Part shown: positions 1 through 13,092 of the stretch, in pieces
Position numbering within the stretch: position 1 is the first letter of the stretch
Layout: each line of letters opens with the position of its first letter
Assembly (NCBI GenBank): GCA_030141605.1
Contig: JAQGDQ010002366.1
Location: 752,660 to 816,659 of the forward strand
DNA from: Tubiluchus corallicola
Taxonomy: Eukaryota; Animalia; Priapulida
Length of the DNA stretch: 64,000 nucleotides
Reading direction: 5' to 3'
Notes under the pieces: generated by a model
Told to the model about the DNA's origin: nothing
Databases searched by the model: none
Seen by the model: the letters and a program-made list of their open reading frames with translations, nothing else
Position numbers and translations under genes: made by a program

Positions 1-89
1 ATTACTTGTTGTCATTCAGAAGTAGTCTGTATAATTTAGCGCTGGCCGCCTGTATATGCAAACAGTCAAATTTCGTTTGAATGCGCCGA

Positions 90-430
90 TGATTGGTTTT
101 AATTTTAATAAGGCTAGGCCCCCATACATAAATGCCGTATAACGTGATAGGTTCTACAGCGTATTGTAGTTATATAATAAGTTAATAACAGTAATAAAGG
201 GGTTTGCGCAGTTTGAAATGTATTTTTTCACACAGTAAAAGCTTTTAATCCTTTACCTTTTAGTATGATACTACTTTACCTGAAAGCGCTAGACATTAAG
301 AAGTTGACCAAAGAATCCATGGGTGAAATTTAGATCTTTTAGAATTCTGGCTGCTTTGGTAAAAACAATAATTTCTGTCTTTTTGGTATTAGCATTCAGA
401 GCCCAGTCGTAGTTTATTAGGCATGGCAAT
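90..430 (-). mobile_element. Degenerate non-LTR retrotransposon (LINE) RT C-terminal fragment
   Basis: Minus-strand translations give WALNANTKKTEIIVF (WxLxxNxxKT motif) and VEPITLYGIYVWG (PxxxYxxxVW motif) in broken frames. Confidence 0.5.
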
Positions 431-1697
431 CCAAGAGCATATAAACTACTCGATCGGTGAGTTGGTCGTTTAGTTAGTTGGCTGATTGGAAAAGTAGTTT
501 GACTGGTGTGTGGAAGTTTAGTGGAATTACGTGGTGTTGGTAAATTTGTTGGCTGACTAGTAGGCCACATGGCTGCTTGTTTGTTTAAAAAACTCTTACG
601 CGCAGAGGGTTCTTTTCAGATAGCTAAAACTCTAAACTTTTGTGTTAACGTTGTTGATAGTTCTTCAACATTTATCAAGAACGCTTTTTGTCTGGTGTCA
701 TCGCGCTTTCCTTTATAAATCCGATAAGTGGCTTCATTTTTATTCATATGTAAAATTGGACAAAAGGTGTTAGTTTTTAACGTCTTGCCTTATTTTCAAT
801 AGTTATCATTTATTTTAAGTTGTTTAATGCGATCCTCTAAAATTAAGACTTCAGTATGAACTTTTGACACCGGCAAGACCTGTTTTTGTCAAAATCGGGG
901 CGCGTACAGAAGGATAGAGGTTCTCAACTACTTTGTTTATACAAACTATACAGTCTATACCGCGAACTCTTTGGTGCGTGCAAGTACATTTACAGACAAC
1001 CTTTGAAAAATCCTCTAAAAACTAGTGTTAACCCCACTGTTAATGAAGTGCCGATAGGAGCCGGGTATCGGAGTCTCATAGTACAATTAAAAGTAGCATT
1101 CAACAGATGCCTTATTGACTTTTGTTATTAATTGTCAAAGTATAGAATAGCGGTCTTCTTTCGCAGATAGCAATAATTTCAGTGGTCTTTTGTATATTGA
1201 GCGGCGTTTTTCACTGATAAACTAGTAATCTGAATCTAGTTACTAGTTAATTTCTGATATAATGATAGGTCTATATTTGGTGCACTAATCCCAAGGTGGG
1301 CGATATCTAACTACTTGCCTAATTGAATCCAAGGGGAGCCAAAAGTTACAATACCTCGTTCTTTTTCTAAAAGAAGGTAGCAAGAACATTAGTAAAATCT
1401 TACTGGTTAACTGACCAATGAATGTAGGTGAAGGTTACGTTATTGGTAATATGATTCTATTGTGAAAAAATATTATTTATATAGTTGGCATTTGACGGGC
1501 TAAGAAAACAATAAAAAAATCACTCACACAGCAGGTAGTGACGAATTTTACGATGAATTTTTCACTATTTTAGATGAGCTAATACACATGTGTGAATCAA
1601 TTCATGATTCGTTGGCAGGAAACTTGAAACAAGAACAAATCTTTGATTTGAAAACCTACTGAATGCAACTAAATGTATTTCAATTTTTGTCGAATCC

Positions 1698-1921
1698 TTT
1701 TTTTAGGCGCAGCCTTGAACCGATATCGTGTTCCGTTACAATGCAAGTATTGTTTTCTTTAATTTGTCCAGGCACACCTGTTTGCTCTGAAAATTAATTT
1801 CTGCCGACTCATTTCTTTTTAGGCACAGCCTTGAACAGATATCGTGTTCCATTACAGGTAATAGCGCAAGTATTGTTTTCTTTAATTTGTCCAGGTACAC
1901 CTGTTTGCTCTGAAAATTAAT
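1698..1921. repeat. Direct duplication of a ~105-120 bp segment
   Basis: ttttaggc(g/a)cagccttgaac...ctgtttgctctgaaaattaattt occurs at ~1698-1800 and again at ~1815-1921. Confidence 0.85.
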
Positions 1922-2427
1922 TTTTGTCTTCATTGCACGTTTTAACGGTTTTTGTTGTTTTGCCTTTTACAAAAGCTATGAAAACAACGAAAAATGGACA
2001 AATTGTGAAAGCTTTTAACTTGGCTATTACAATTTTTCGTCACCAAACAGCTTCCCTTTCTTTATTTGCTTTTTAGGTTTATACCAGACCTTTTCAACGT
2101 AGTATCCTAGTCAACTGATTGGCTGAACAAGCAAATTATTGAGTATTGACTAATTAGTTGCTGGCGGGTTTATTACTTGGTTGGCAGGCTGCGTGATTAC
2201 TTAAATTTTAGGATATCTTTGAAGTCGTGGTAACTAGATGAATAGTGTTGTGAGTAATAGTTTTCCATTTGAAAATTCCTTGTCATGGTTAATCGATATT
2301 TTTGAAATACTGTAAATTCGATATCTACTTTTAATAAGGGTACTGTTGACCACACAAACCATTGGCCTAACCTATAATAATTGTTGCGCCCAATTTTGTC
2401 TATAGCAATGTTAACGAAAATAAAGAG

Positions 2428-2490
2428 GATGATGATGATGATGATGACGATGATGATGATGACGACGACGACTATGATGACAGTAACAAC
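2428..2490. repeat. (GAT)n/(GAC)n microsatellite
   Basis: Directly visible trinucleotide run. Confidence 0.9.
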
Positions 2491-2592
2491 AACGGGATTG
2501 ACGACAATGATGTTGACGGCTGAGACAGTAGTGCTAATCATGGTGATTAATCTCTCTATTTTTCCTCAACCACTCTCCTTTCTCTCTGTGTG

Positions 2593-2695
<103 letters not shown>

Positions 2696-4167
2696 TTTCC
2701 TCTTTGCTCCGTTTCCCTCCCCTCACTTTTTCTCCTCTCCTCCCCTCGTGTAAGCATTACTGTTTGCATTAATATGAAATAAAAGATAAACAGACCACTG
2801 CAAAGTGCCTGGAGCATCCTTTCGCAACGTAGTCATAGGATCTCTCAAGTATTGTGTCCTGTGACTCTCTTTTGACCTTGAGAGTCGATAGGATTCTTCC
2901 TCTGTTGAAGAGCGGTACACAAGAAAGAGACGTCAAATAGTTTGGCTTAAAACTTGTGCACAAGGCCAATAACTGGCGGACGGAGAGGCAACGGGAGAAA
3001 CGGACGAATGAACAAACAGGTACACAGACACACACCGCCAAATGAACTGGCAACTAAATAACTAAATGAACAGATACAGAGGCAAGTAAGCGGAAGGTGC
3101 AGATAAACATATGAACGGGCAGACAGACAGATATGTTGAAAGCTGACTCTTTTAAAATGTTACTCCGATCTGTAAATAACAGAAAGGTTTTTGTTTTAAA
3201 TAGCAGGCAGTAATTTGGCTGTAACTTACACCTGTCCTTGAAAGCAGCCAAACGTGGCTAATTAGCTTTTTTAGAACTTCACTCTGGGGTTTTCCGCGAG
3301 TGACAGTTAAAAACAGATTAGCACAGGTAAGAGAGCACGTAACGTGGCTTCGTTATACATGAAGCCAATTACAACGTCCTCGAGAGACAAACTTGTCAAA
3401 GCAATTTCTATCTCCTGACTGTAATAACTGAAGCCACTAGTAAGATCGCATGCGCGGAAATGACGATTTGATGAGTGTGTACCTTCTCTTTCTCAAGCGG
3501 GCACAATTGCAGCATTATTATAACAATGAGCAGAAAGCTAGCGTCATTTGGAGCTGAATATGTGTGTGAACCGAAATTTTGAAGTAGTTTAAGCTTGCTA
3601 TTGGGAAAGTGAAATTAATTTTGTCAATTTTTCAGCTGGCTGTATATGCCAACGGAAACTTAAACTTTCTTTGAATGGGCCTACTTACTACAAACTATTT
3701 TTAGAAAGCTCGTTTGTCAGTGCAACAAGAACTTTTGCGCTTTTAATTAGATTCTGCGATAAAACAAAATGCCTTTTTGATACGGCTATTTCGACCAAAA
3801 TTTAGTGATTCTACGAAATGGTAAAGTATGAAATAAAGAAGATTTACTTAAAATATCTGTAATGCTGAACTTGCCTGTCAGTTCGCAAACCTTGAATTCT
3901 TTGCAAATATCACTAATTTGGTGCTTTTCATGAATTTGTTTGAATCTGGTATTGCTAAGTGTGATCAAGTAGGCTTGAAACAAAAGAAACTTAAGTAGTG
4001 TTCTTTGGAACTCTGCACAAACTGGTTAAAGAACTGCAGAAATGTTCTTTCACTTAAATGTGGTTTGTTAAAAACGAATTGCGATAAAAGTGACCGTTTT
4101 AGATTAAATCAATTTGAGCAGCACAGGAAACAGCCTTTCTGTATCAATTAGGCAATTTTCATGAAGC

Positions 4168-5262
4168 ATGGACATTAGATTAGGCAACGACAGTGACATC
4201 AGTTCACTTCCCACTGATAACATTCACCGTCATCACGATCATCATCACCTCTCCATTGTTACTTTGTACGCAAATTGTCACGGCACAGTCCAAGACGGCA
4301 ACTGGACAACAAAGGACGTGATGTGGGGAGGTATGTACGGTTTTCTCAGTCTACTCACCTTCACTGGAAACATCATCAACATTCTAGTATTCTCCTCTAC
4401 AAAGATGCCATGTTCTGCTTTCAACACTTTCCTTTTGGGTCTTGCTGTATCCGAGGGAACCCAAGGAGGCGTCTACTTTGTGGAACTGACGGTGGCAACG
4501 TATGGACCTAAGCAATGCAATCAGAAAGCCCTCAAGTGCTTAGGTTTAATCGGTGACATGGCTACTTACACCGCAACGTGGATAACTGGTCTTATATCTG
4601 TGGTTCGGTGTTTGGCTATTGTTAAACCAATAAAGTACAGTAACAGCTACGCGAGTTCTGCTTTTGCCGTTAAGTCCATTCTGGCTTGTACTTTAATGCT
4701 TTCTGTACAGGAGGTTGCCATGTGGATTCATGTGTTTGGTCAGCGATTTGAATCGGAATTGACCGTTCTAGAGCCCATACGACAGACGTTCGGACGTTTC
4801 ATACCTATCGGTTTTGCGCTTCTTGCGACTGTCATCTCTGTAGTAAAGATGAAGAATTTACACAAAATTCGAGACACCCAGTCAGGCGAAAGAAGCCAGA
4901 ATTACGTCCTAGGTGCGCAAGGGAGGAAAGCAAAAGACGAGCAAAAGGTAATCCGGATGCTGCTAGCTTTGCTAACTGTGTTTTTTCTGACCAATGGCTA
5001 TGCTGCTATCAACATAATCTTACAGGCAACCACTGACATTGAATTCAGTCTTGTAGTGCTCTGGACAGTTCCATTAGCTTTTGGTTGTAACACCTCAGCT
5101 AATATCTTTATTTATTTTATCATGACACCACTTTATAGGAAGGTTCTTTGGCAGAAATGTCTGTTTTCCAGACGCCACCGCGTTGCTTCTGTGAAAGCAC
5201 TTTCGAAGCCAGTTCGAGTAAGTCACGTGACTTTCGATAATGGACAAGAAGCTGAACTATAA
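4168..5262 (+). CDS. Single-exon rhodopsin-like (class A) GPCR, divergent peptide-receptor/chemoreceptor-like, 364 aa
   Basis: Seven hydrophobic segments. TM1 GN (TGNIINILVF), TM2 LAxxE (LLGLAVSE), TM3 end ISVVRCLAIVKP (DRY-like), TM5 Pro (RFIPI), TM7 NIFIY followed by helix 8 TPLYRKVL. N-terminal NxS/T sequons (NDS, NWT). Confidence 0.92.
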   Translation: MDIRLGNDSDISSLPTDNIHRHHDHHHLSIVTLYANCHGTVQDGNWTTKDVMWGGMYGFLSLLTFTGNIINILVFSSTKMPCSAFNTFLLGLAVSEGTQGGVYFVELTVATYGPKQCNQKALKCLGLIGDMATYTATWITGLISVVRCLAIVKPIKYSNSYASSAFAVKSILACTLMLSVQEVAMWIHVFGQRFESELTVLEPIRQTFGRFIPIGFALLATVISVVKMKNLHKIRDTQSGERSQNYVLGAQGRKAKDEQKVIRMLLALLTVFFLTNGYAAINIILQATTDIEFSLVVLWTVPLAFGCNTSANIFIYFIMTPLYRKVLWQKCLFSRRHRVASVKALSKPVRVSHVTFDNGQEAEL

Positions 5263-5536
5263 CAACTATAGCTGGTATCTTTTCAGTTCAAAATCCGACT
5301 GCCCTCATGTTAACGCAGGTTTGAATATATTTTTTGCATATCAAGTGACTTGATAGGTCTAGCTCATAGTAATTTATAAAGTATTGTAAATTGATTATAA
5401 AACATGATTTAGTCAAAGATGACTTTATTGATCATGCAAGGAATTATATAAATACAAATTCACAAATGCACGACATGTATATGAATGGTATATTACTCGG
5501 TAAGCTCCACATTCGAGGAAGAAAAAACTTGCTCCT

Positions 5537-6152
5537 TTACACTTTGTTCTCTCCACGCCAGGATGCGCATAAAGCTAAGATACCTATTCCCCTTCCAAAC
5601 TATCTTGCCTTTTGCCACCATTTTTACTTCTTTCCAGGTCCTCCACCCTATACTTCTCAGTCTGCTTTGCCACTGCTTTGACTTCTTTCCAAGTCCTCCA
5701 CTCTATACTTAGTCTGATTTGCCACTGCTTTGACTTCTTTCCAAGTCCTCCACCGTATACTTCTCAGTCTGCTTTGCCACTGCTTTGACTTCTTTCCAAG
5801 TCCTCCACTCTATACTTCTCAGTCTGCTTTGCCACTGCTTTGACTTCTTTCCAAGTCCTCCACTCTATACTTCTCAGTCTGCTTTGCCACTGCTTTGACT
5901 TCTTTCCAAGTCCTCCACTCTGTCTTTCTCAACCTACCGCTTTTCTTCTTCATATTTTTCCCCTCCCCACTTTCTCTTGTGAGGCCCGGTGTCCACCCAA
6001 TCGCCGTCTCACACTCGTCTGCACTTTCCCTCAGCAGCAATCCATCTTCTAAGATCGTCACTTACTACGATCACTGGTGCCCTGTCCGCCACCTCCCGGT
6101 CAGTCACCCAATCCTGCCATCTAATCCTGAGTATCCGTCCCAGGTACTTGGA
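5537..6152 (-). mobile_element. 3' end of an RTE-clade LINE, degenerate, with an internal tandem expansion
   Basis: Minus strand reads KYLGRILRIRWQDWVTDREV...LRESADECETAIGWTP...WRTWKEVK...LALCASWRGENKV* (stop at 5537-5539), matching typical RTE ORF2 C-termini. Confidence 0.75.
5626..5921. repeat. 55-bp minisatellite, ~5.4 copies
   Basis: Unit acttctttccaagtcctccactctatacttctcagtctgctttgccactgctttg starts at 5626, 5681, 5733, 5788, 5843 and 5898. Confidence 0.95.
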
Positions 6153-8384
6153 AGGACAGAACAGACTGAAAATTTAAACAAGCTAACTCTGCTGCTATGC
6201 TCGCGTGGCACGTTCGTCTGCTGTTATGTTCGTTGGGGGAAATCCTTGCTTTATATGTGAGCTAGAACAAGCACTAGAAAACAAACTTATGGTGCTCACT
6301 GTATCATAATTTCTTCAGATTGGTACATTTCTATAAAGCATATTGTATCTCACGCCCACATCGTGAAACTGAAGATTTCAAAACAATTAATCACCCATTT
6401 TGACTGATGCCATTAATGAGGTTTATTAATCATCGTCTGGGTGGTTACACCATTGCGACATACGCGACATGTTATTTAAAACCTACTTGCGTGTTAGATG
6501 TCATTGATTGTCATTGTATTGAATGTCTCACACGTTCTACTAAACCATCTGTACAGTGATTATTTACCCCATCGGTGTATGTACAGTGTGAAACCACAAC
6601 AGACATTTATTATTATTCAATACTAATGTATTTCAGTCCCGTAGTGTGGTATAAGGCAATGTTTGCACGTTTTTTATTAAGCTATTTACAAATGTGAAAG
6701 TGAGATAAACTTGAGACAGAGCAAACCTAGACAATGGCAAAACTCAATCCAACCAAACCTAACCAGACCCACAAACCGTGACCAACCCTATGTTAGCCTG
6801 TTACATAATGCATCATTTTTGCTACTCGCCTGCGGAGTAACTTATAAAAAGGTCTATTTCGCCGTGACATTGTCGTTGTTTGTTATATAGTTGCATAGTA
6901 ACGTAAAATCTGTTACATAATAACAATGATTGGATTTGGTACATGGTGCAGCATTTTTTCTTAAATAATGTTGTATTGTTACATAATGACGTTTTTTTTG
7001 CATAAAGAACATGAACAAATGGGTTAATGGGGGCTGGTTCTGTTAGTAGCCTCTCCAAAGTTTATTACTGTGTGTATTCTGTGTTTATTGTAAGGTAAAA
7101 GATTAAGCGTTGGGGGAAGAGTGCAAAAAGTCAAAAGTAGCTTCATTAGATTAAGCTAAAAGTTTGTATAAATTATTTTCGGCACAAAAGGAAGTCTGCC
7201 AAACGCGCCAATAAAACCCTCAGCGAAGATAATAGCAGTTTAATACGTTGATGTAGCATATTCGTTTAAAATGGTAATAATTATTTCTTAATTATCCTAG
7301 ATTAGTAGGATGTACGATACATACAGTGTGTACGATGTGAATCGGCACTCCATTGTCGCCAAATTTGCACGGTTTCTTTAAAATATATGTTGTAACGATT
7401 GCACATTGCTGTAAATGCCCATGGTTTGCCAATTCTCCACTTTAATTACATTCGATTGATCCTATTTCGACATATCCATATTCCTATGCAGTTGGATCCA
7501 TTCACATAGCATTGTAATAACAACTGGTAATTAAAGGCGGGCTTTACAAAGGTCTGGGTACGTCGGTAGCAGCTTAATTAGTAGGCAACACGATGTGTCA
7601 ACTACAGGTCATAAAGAGAAACGCGATACCTAAAACAAAGTTTAATATAAGTTTAACTGTTAAATTAAACAACCAGTAACTTAAGCGTAGAATATAACTT
7701 TGTATCAACAATATTCTTTGTTGATCTTAAAAAGTTGATTTTAATCTCCGACCGTATAGCACGATTTTCTCAAAGAAAATATTTTTGAACATGAAAAAAG
7801 CGAGAAACTAAAAACCGCTTTTTCCTGCCGCTCTTTTAAAAAATTAATCTAATCTAATCTTTTAATCACAAATATCTAGCAACTTTCGGTGTTTTTATGC
7901 GTTGATGTACCTCACCATTCACCAGCAGACATTCAAATAAATAACAAGTTAGGCTTAAATCCCTCACTTAGTTGGGCTTGATGAAAATACGCTAATTTTC
8001 GTTCTTGTCAAAGAAGAAAAAACACTTTGGAAAATAACGACTATTGGTAGCCAATGCGAAGTTAGACTCGGATAACGCAAGTCGATTGAAAAACCAATAT
8101 TGGACCTTCAATATCCTATCACATTGTTACGCCACTGTAGGGGAACAACATATTAACCTTATATTCCCAAAGGACGCTTTGTTAGTTATATTAGCTACAT
8201 TTCAATTAGAGTAATGAATTCTGTGAAGTGCTGTTGCAGCACGTTAATACGCATCATACGATGCACTACACAGACAAATTATAGTTTAGTAACCTGATCG
8301 AACGTTAGTCAGAGCGGTCAGAGTTTATTTACATTATAAAACACGAGTTACGAGACTCACAATAACTCAGTTTTGAAGAATTCC

Positions 8385-9145
8385 TACTACATGCATCAAC
8401 TAAATTTTCGCAGTTATATATCTAAGAAAATTATTAAAAGTAACATAATCTTTGGATTAATTAGTAGGACCATAACTTCAGGAAGAGATGAGATAATTCG
8501 CCTACTATACAAAACTCTTGTTCGTCCTCATCTCGAATACGTCAGTCAGGTATGGGATCCTTACTATCTCAAGAGACATCCGGGCTCCCGAACAAGTACA
8601 AGCACGAGCTGTGGACATGATCATAGGTCTTGAAGGATTCTCATGCTCTCAAAAACTGCAAAAACAAGACCTGTATCGACTTTCTGCAAGAAAACGTAGG
8701 GGAGATTTATTGAAATGTTGAAGATTCTTAAGCGATTTACTGGCATCAATGCAAAGCAGTTTTTTACATCTAATAGAAGCATTACACGTGGGCACGGTGT
8801 TAAATTGTTCAAGCATATGGTCAATACTGAAAGGTATCGGCATAGTTTTCCACAAGCTGAAGCGATAATGTGGAACTCGTTACTGCAATTATTAGTAAGC
8901 GCAAACAATGTAAATAATTTTAAACATAAACTTGATGTAGAACTCCGTGCGAGAAACCTATTTTAATACCAGTTTGGTATATTACGAGGAGAGTAAACCA
9001 ACAACGCATAACTGGAAAAGGTTGTTCTTTAGCTAGCTACTCAGTGGATGAGAGATTGATCCAAGACACAGAAATCAAAGCTTGCTCACCGTGAAGGTGA
9101 CTTGTTATTAATAATAATAATAATGATAATAATAATAATAATAAT
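8385..9145 (+). mobile_element. 5'-truncated CR1/L2-group LINE relic (RT C-terminus, 3' UTR, (AAT)n tail)
   Basis: LYKTLVRPHLEYVSQVWDPY, RRGDL, TRGHGVKLFK and WNSL motifs across frameshifted ORFs 8373-8966; (AAT)n at ~9108-9145. The 3' UTR segment recurs at ~10297-10345. Confidence 0.85.
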
Positions 9146-12100
9146 GTTGAATACACTAATTCTTAGCAGAATCAATTCGCACCACTTAATTAAGAATCAC
9201 CTATAATTGAAATTTTATACATGTAGTTAATTAACAATTTCTTAACTTTCACATGTAATAGCAATCCACGGATCGGGAAAATTTTAATATCAATGAGCAA
9301 GCGAGGGCCCACCTCGCAATGGCCAATCAAGTGCTTTTTTTATATTCTCAACTAACGAGTTGATGAAAGCTACTCGTAAACACACCTGGAGAATGTATTG
9401 AAATATACTGCGAAATCTAACGTCGACTGTGCATTATTAGTATTATTTTTATTTTTTCTGCCCCACAAGATTTCTGCAAATAATTTTTTAGCAGTAAAGC
9501 ACAGACATTATGATAGTGAAACGTTGTGCTTGGGCACTTCATGCAGACGTATGTCTACAAAGATTAAAAACAGATTTATTATAAGTTTCTCCAGGCCAAA
9601 AAGACTTAAGTGCCCGTTTATCAGACCTGCGTTATGCGTTTTTTATACAGTATTTGCTATTCATTTTCGGCAGGTGGAAGGCGTATACCGAATGCCAGCT
9701 AAATACAACCTTATACAATCAGGGCAATTTATGAGTGAGTAAAAAGCTTATTTAACAAAGACGAGAGTATTCAATATTGATGTAGCAACTAGCACTACCA
9801 TTAATGCACAGGCTAAAAAAGCCACATGTAGCCCAAACAGAGTTCACCAGAACAAAATACCGAAAATAAATGAACTAGCATTTTAGACTCTCAAATTTTA
9901 TTGTACAAATTTTCATAAAATCAATCGTCTACATGACAAACTAACAATATTTAACAAAGTTTGCTGACAAAAATAAACAATAGTGGTAATATGATTGCAG
10001 AGAGTAACACTATCAGATTTACAACGACAGGTGACCCTGACAGGTGCATTTAAAAGCAACAGTAAGTAAGTAAACCACAGAATAGCAATATACTACACAT
10101 TATATGCACTATATTGTTATTCTGTGCAGCTAACATAATTTTTAGCCAAGTTAGCCATGAACTTTATGGTAGATCAGGTGTGAATTCCCCCAATATTTAG
10201 TCATTTAAAAGCAACAGTACGTAATAATAAGCCACAAAATAGCAATATATTACACAATACAATTATGGGGTATTCTGGGAGAAGTAATGAATACTACTTG
10301 GTATGTTAGGAAGAGAGTAAATCAACAACGAACAACTGGACAAGATATTAAATTGAGCTAATGCAAATTTCATACACTCATAGACACGCTAAATTTGCAA
10401 ATAAAATTACAAGGCAGGTCAGTATGTCTGTATGATGAGTTAACACAATAAGGTATAATTAACTAAAGTACACTTTTCGCATTTTTGTATGGTCTTGTTC
10501 ATAAAGAACAGAAAACTGACACACAGGTTGTAAATTTGTATTTAAAAACTATTTTACTAAACGCAGGTAAAGGTGGGTGCACATCTTGCATTAATAAAAC
10601 CAGTTCGACAATATAATTTGCTAGTATCTTTCAGTGAATACAAATGTAAAGTCACCATGGTAACAACAGATTCAAGAAAATACTATTACAGCAAGGCAAC
10701 ACATTATCATTATATTGTGATCTGTCTGGCAAGTAAACTATTAGGTAATATAATAACAATGTACTGATATTTAGCCAGATGTCAAGCAGCAAATATGCAG
10801 AGCTGACCAGCTCTACGAGTATGTGGATAGCACAGCCATCAAGATTAACCAGATAATCACAGCACTGTCACTGTAGCAAAATATATAGCATAGCATGCAA
10901 AGCAGTTCTTTCTAGTAATGCTTCTGTGTAATAAATTGATGGTAAGCTGAAAATGCAGGTGCCTATAAAGAAGAAACTTATAATTTTAATCTGTTTAAAC
11001 TTTAAACATTAAAGCACGGATTGACAAAAAGCTGATGTTTCACACTTCAAGCTTACACACATTGCAACCATTAATAGCAGAATAACAGCCATGAATCGTT
11101 AAACTTTAAAATCGAATTTACAAAGCCATCATCACTTTTGTCAAGCACTGCAATGGAGAATATCATCATTACATGGTTACTAAGCAATATGCAATATGTT
11201 CTTGCATCAACAAATGACAATCTGCCACTACCACATTTAACAAGCCAAACTGACAAAGACATTCTCCTGCTGACAAATGAAAACAGTTAACATAAGATGA
11301 AATGAGTTCTGCATTTAATAATGCCAAACTCAACTAATAATAATAATAATATGACAAGTCAAATGTTACAAATTTATATAAAATATTAAAATTTGCCTGA
11401 CTGACTCCAGCATTTTGAACAAAATTATAGATATGAAATTAATTATAAGATATCAGATTAAGTCTTTAAAATACTTTAATACATATAAAAAATCCCTGCA
11501 GTTTCCGGAAGAAGACAAATTTACAAATTCTCATACTTCAGTGCAAATTTACCAGTTCTGCAAAGCTAGATCACAGTGATATTTAACTTGAATGCCCACA
11601 ACTATGCATCTGACGAAAATTCTGGCTAAATCATTGCTTATAAAGAAGTGTACAGGTACAGTATTAATATATCTACTCTTTACATATATTTATTGTACTA
11701 TATCAGTCGTAGTAGTATATCTACCGTAAACACTTAATGCTGGTGTTGCAATTGCTGTACTTAAAAGTAACGTATAAATAAAAGTAACATGGAAATTATT
11801 TACAAATTTAATATTCAAAATTTGTAAGATAGCGAAATTGTTTACGAAGAAAAAACCTGTACTGTCGTCACTATCTCTGTGTATTTGTAAAGCAGATTAC
11901 ACGAATTTCTCCACATTTTCTTAGTTATACAATGTACATGTCAATACTGAAAGGTTCAGCAGAAAGATTGACACAATATTATCACGATAGTGGACTGAAC
12001 AGATGAGTTCTGTACATATAGAATTTGTCATCATTAGGTTACTATTTAGACTACAATCAATCACGAACCCAGAGAGGGTAATTGGTAAATAACTGGTGAA

Positions 12101-13092
12101 CCTAGGCAAAGAACAGTGCTCAGCAACTAAATGTTAGTTGGAGGAAACATGTATCAATACAGAAGTTACAGAACCATAGGAATCAGGAAAAAAGTTAAAG
12201 CTTAAAAATTTATAGTGATTGAAATACGAAACAACACAAAAAACTGTACAATAAATTATTTCTCCTGGTGACATTTACACAAATTAATATGGGAAAATTT
12301 TTCAACAGTTTGATTCTCAGAAAATAACTCCAGTTAGTTGAAAATCTCCAGTTTATGCAGACTTAACTGTTTAGAATTTCACTGGAGTGACTGTTTGTAT
12401 GTTTGTATTTTGATTTGTGTCATACGATTTTCATTACGTACTATTACAGAGTTACCATCTGTTTTTACATTTAAGTTTTAATTTTGAGTAAATCCTTTTC
12501 TTTCAAACGGCTGATTGTCATGTTATACAGTATTATATTCTTTCATACTCTAATCACAAAATCTCTGAGTGTACAATTTCTTTTAATCTCTATCATTGAC
12601 AGCATTTCACTAGTATTTTAAATTTGTACCTTAATTTTAAATTCACTGCCAACTTTATTATATTGTAACGTGTGATGAAACGTAGTGTATTGCTTGTGAG
12701 AAATAAATTATTACTATTAAGATACTGTTCATAATACTGATATTCAACTGCACATCATAAATTCTGTAATTATTAAACTGTCTGCATATTTACACCATTT
12801 CATCTTTACTTACTCAACTAATTAGTGCAAAGCCATCCCAAATCCATAGTTACAGTACTACAGCACTACAGCCAGGGGCGGATTATGACCTTTTGGGGTC
12901 CCTAGACTTAGGAAATTATAAGGCCCCTCAGACGGAGCTACCCGCTAACTACAGCAATAGAGACAGTATTCAACTGACAATAATTAATTTTAAAACATGT
13001 AGCACCATGGTTAAAACGCAGGCACCTGCCGATGTACTTTTCGCTATACCTAGTCTGAGACATGCATGCCCACTGAGATCAGGAAAACATGT

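Noticed and set aside
5626-5921. CRISPR array or repeat-protein gene (several overlapping ORFs)
   Set aside because: No spacers; the 55-bp period is not a multiple of 3; the sequence derives from an RTE LINE.
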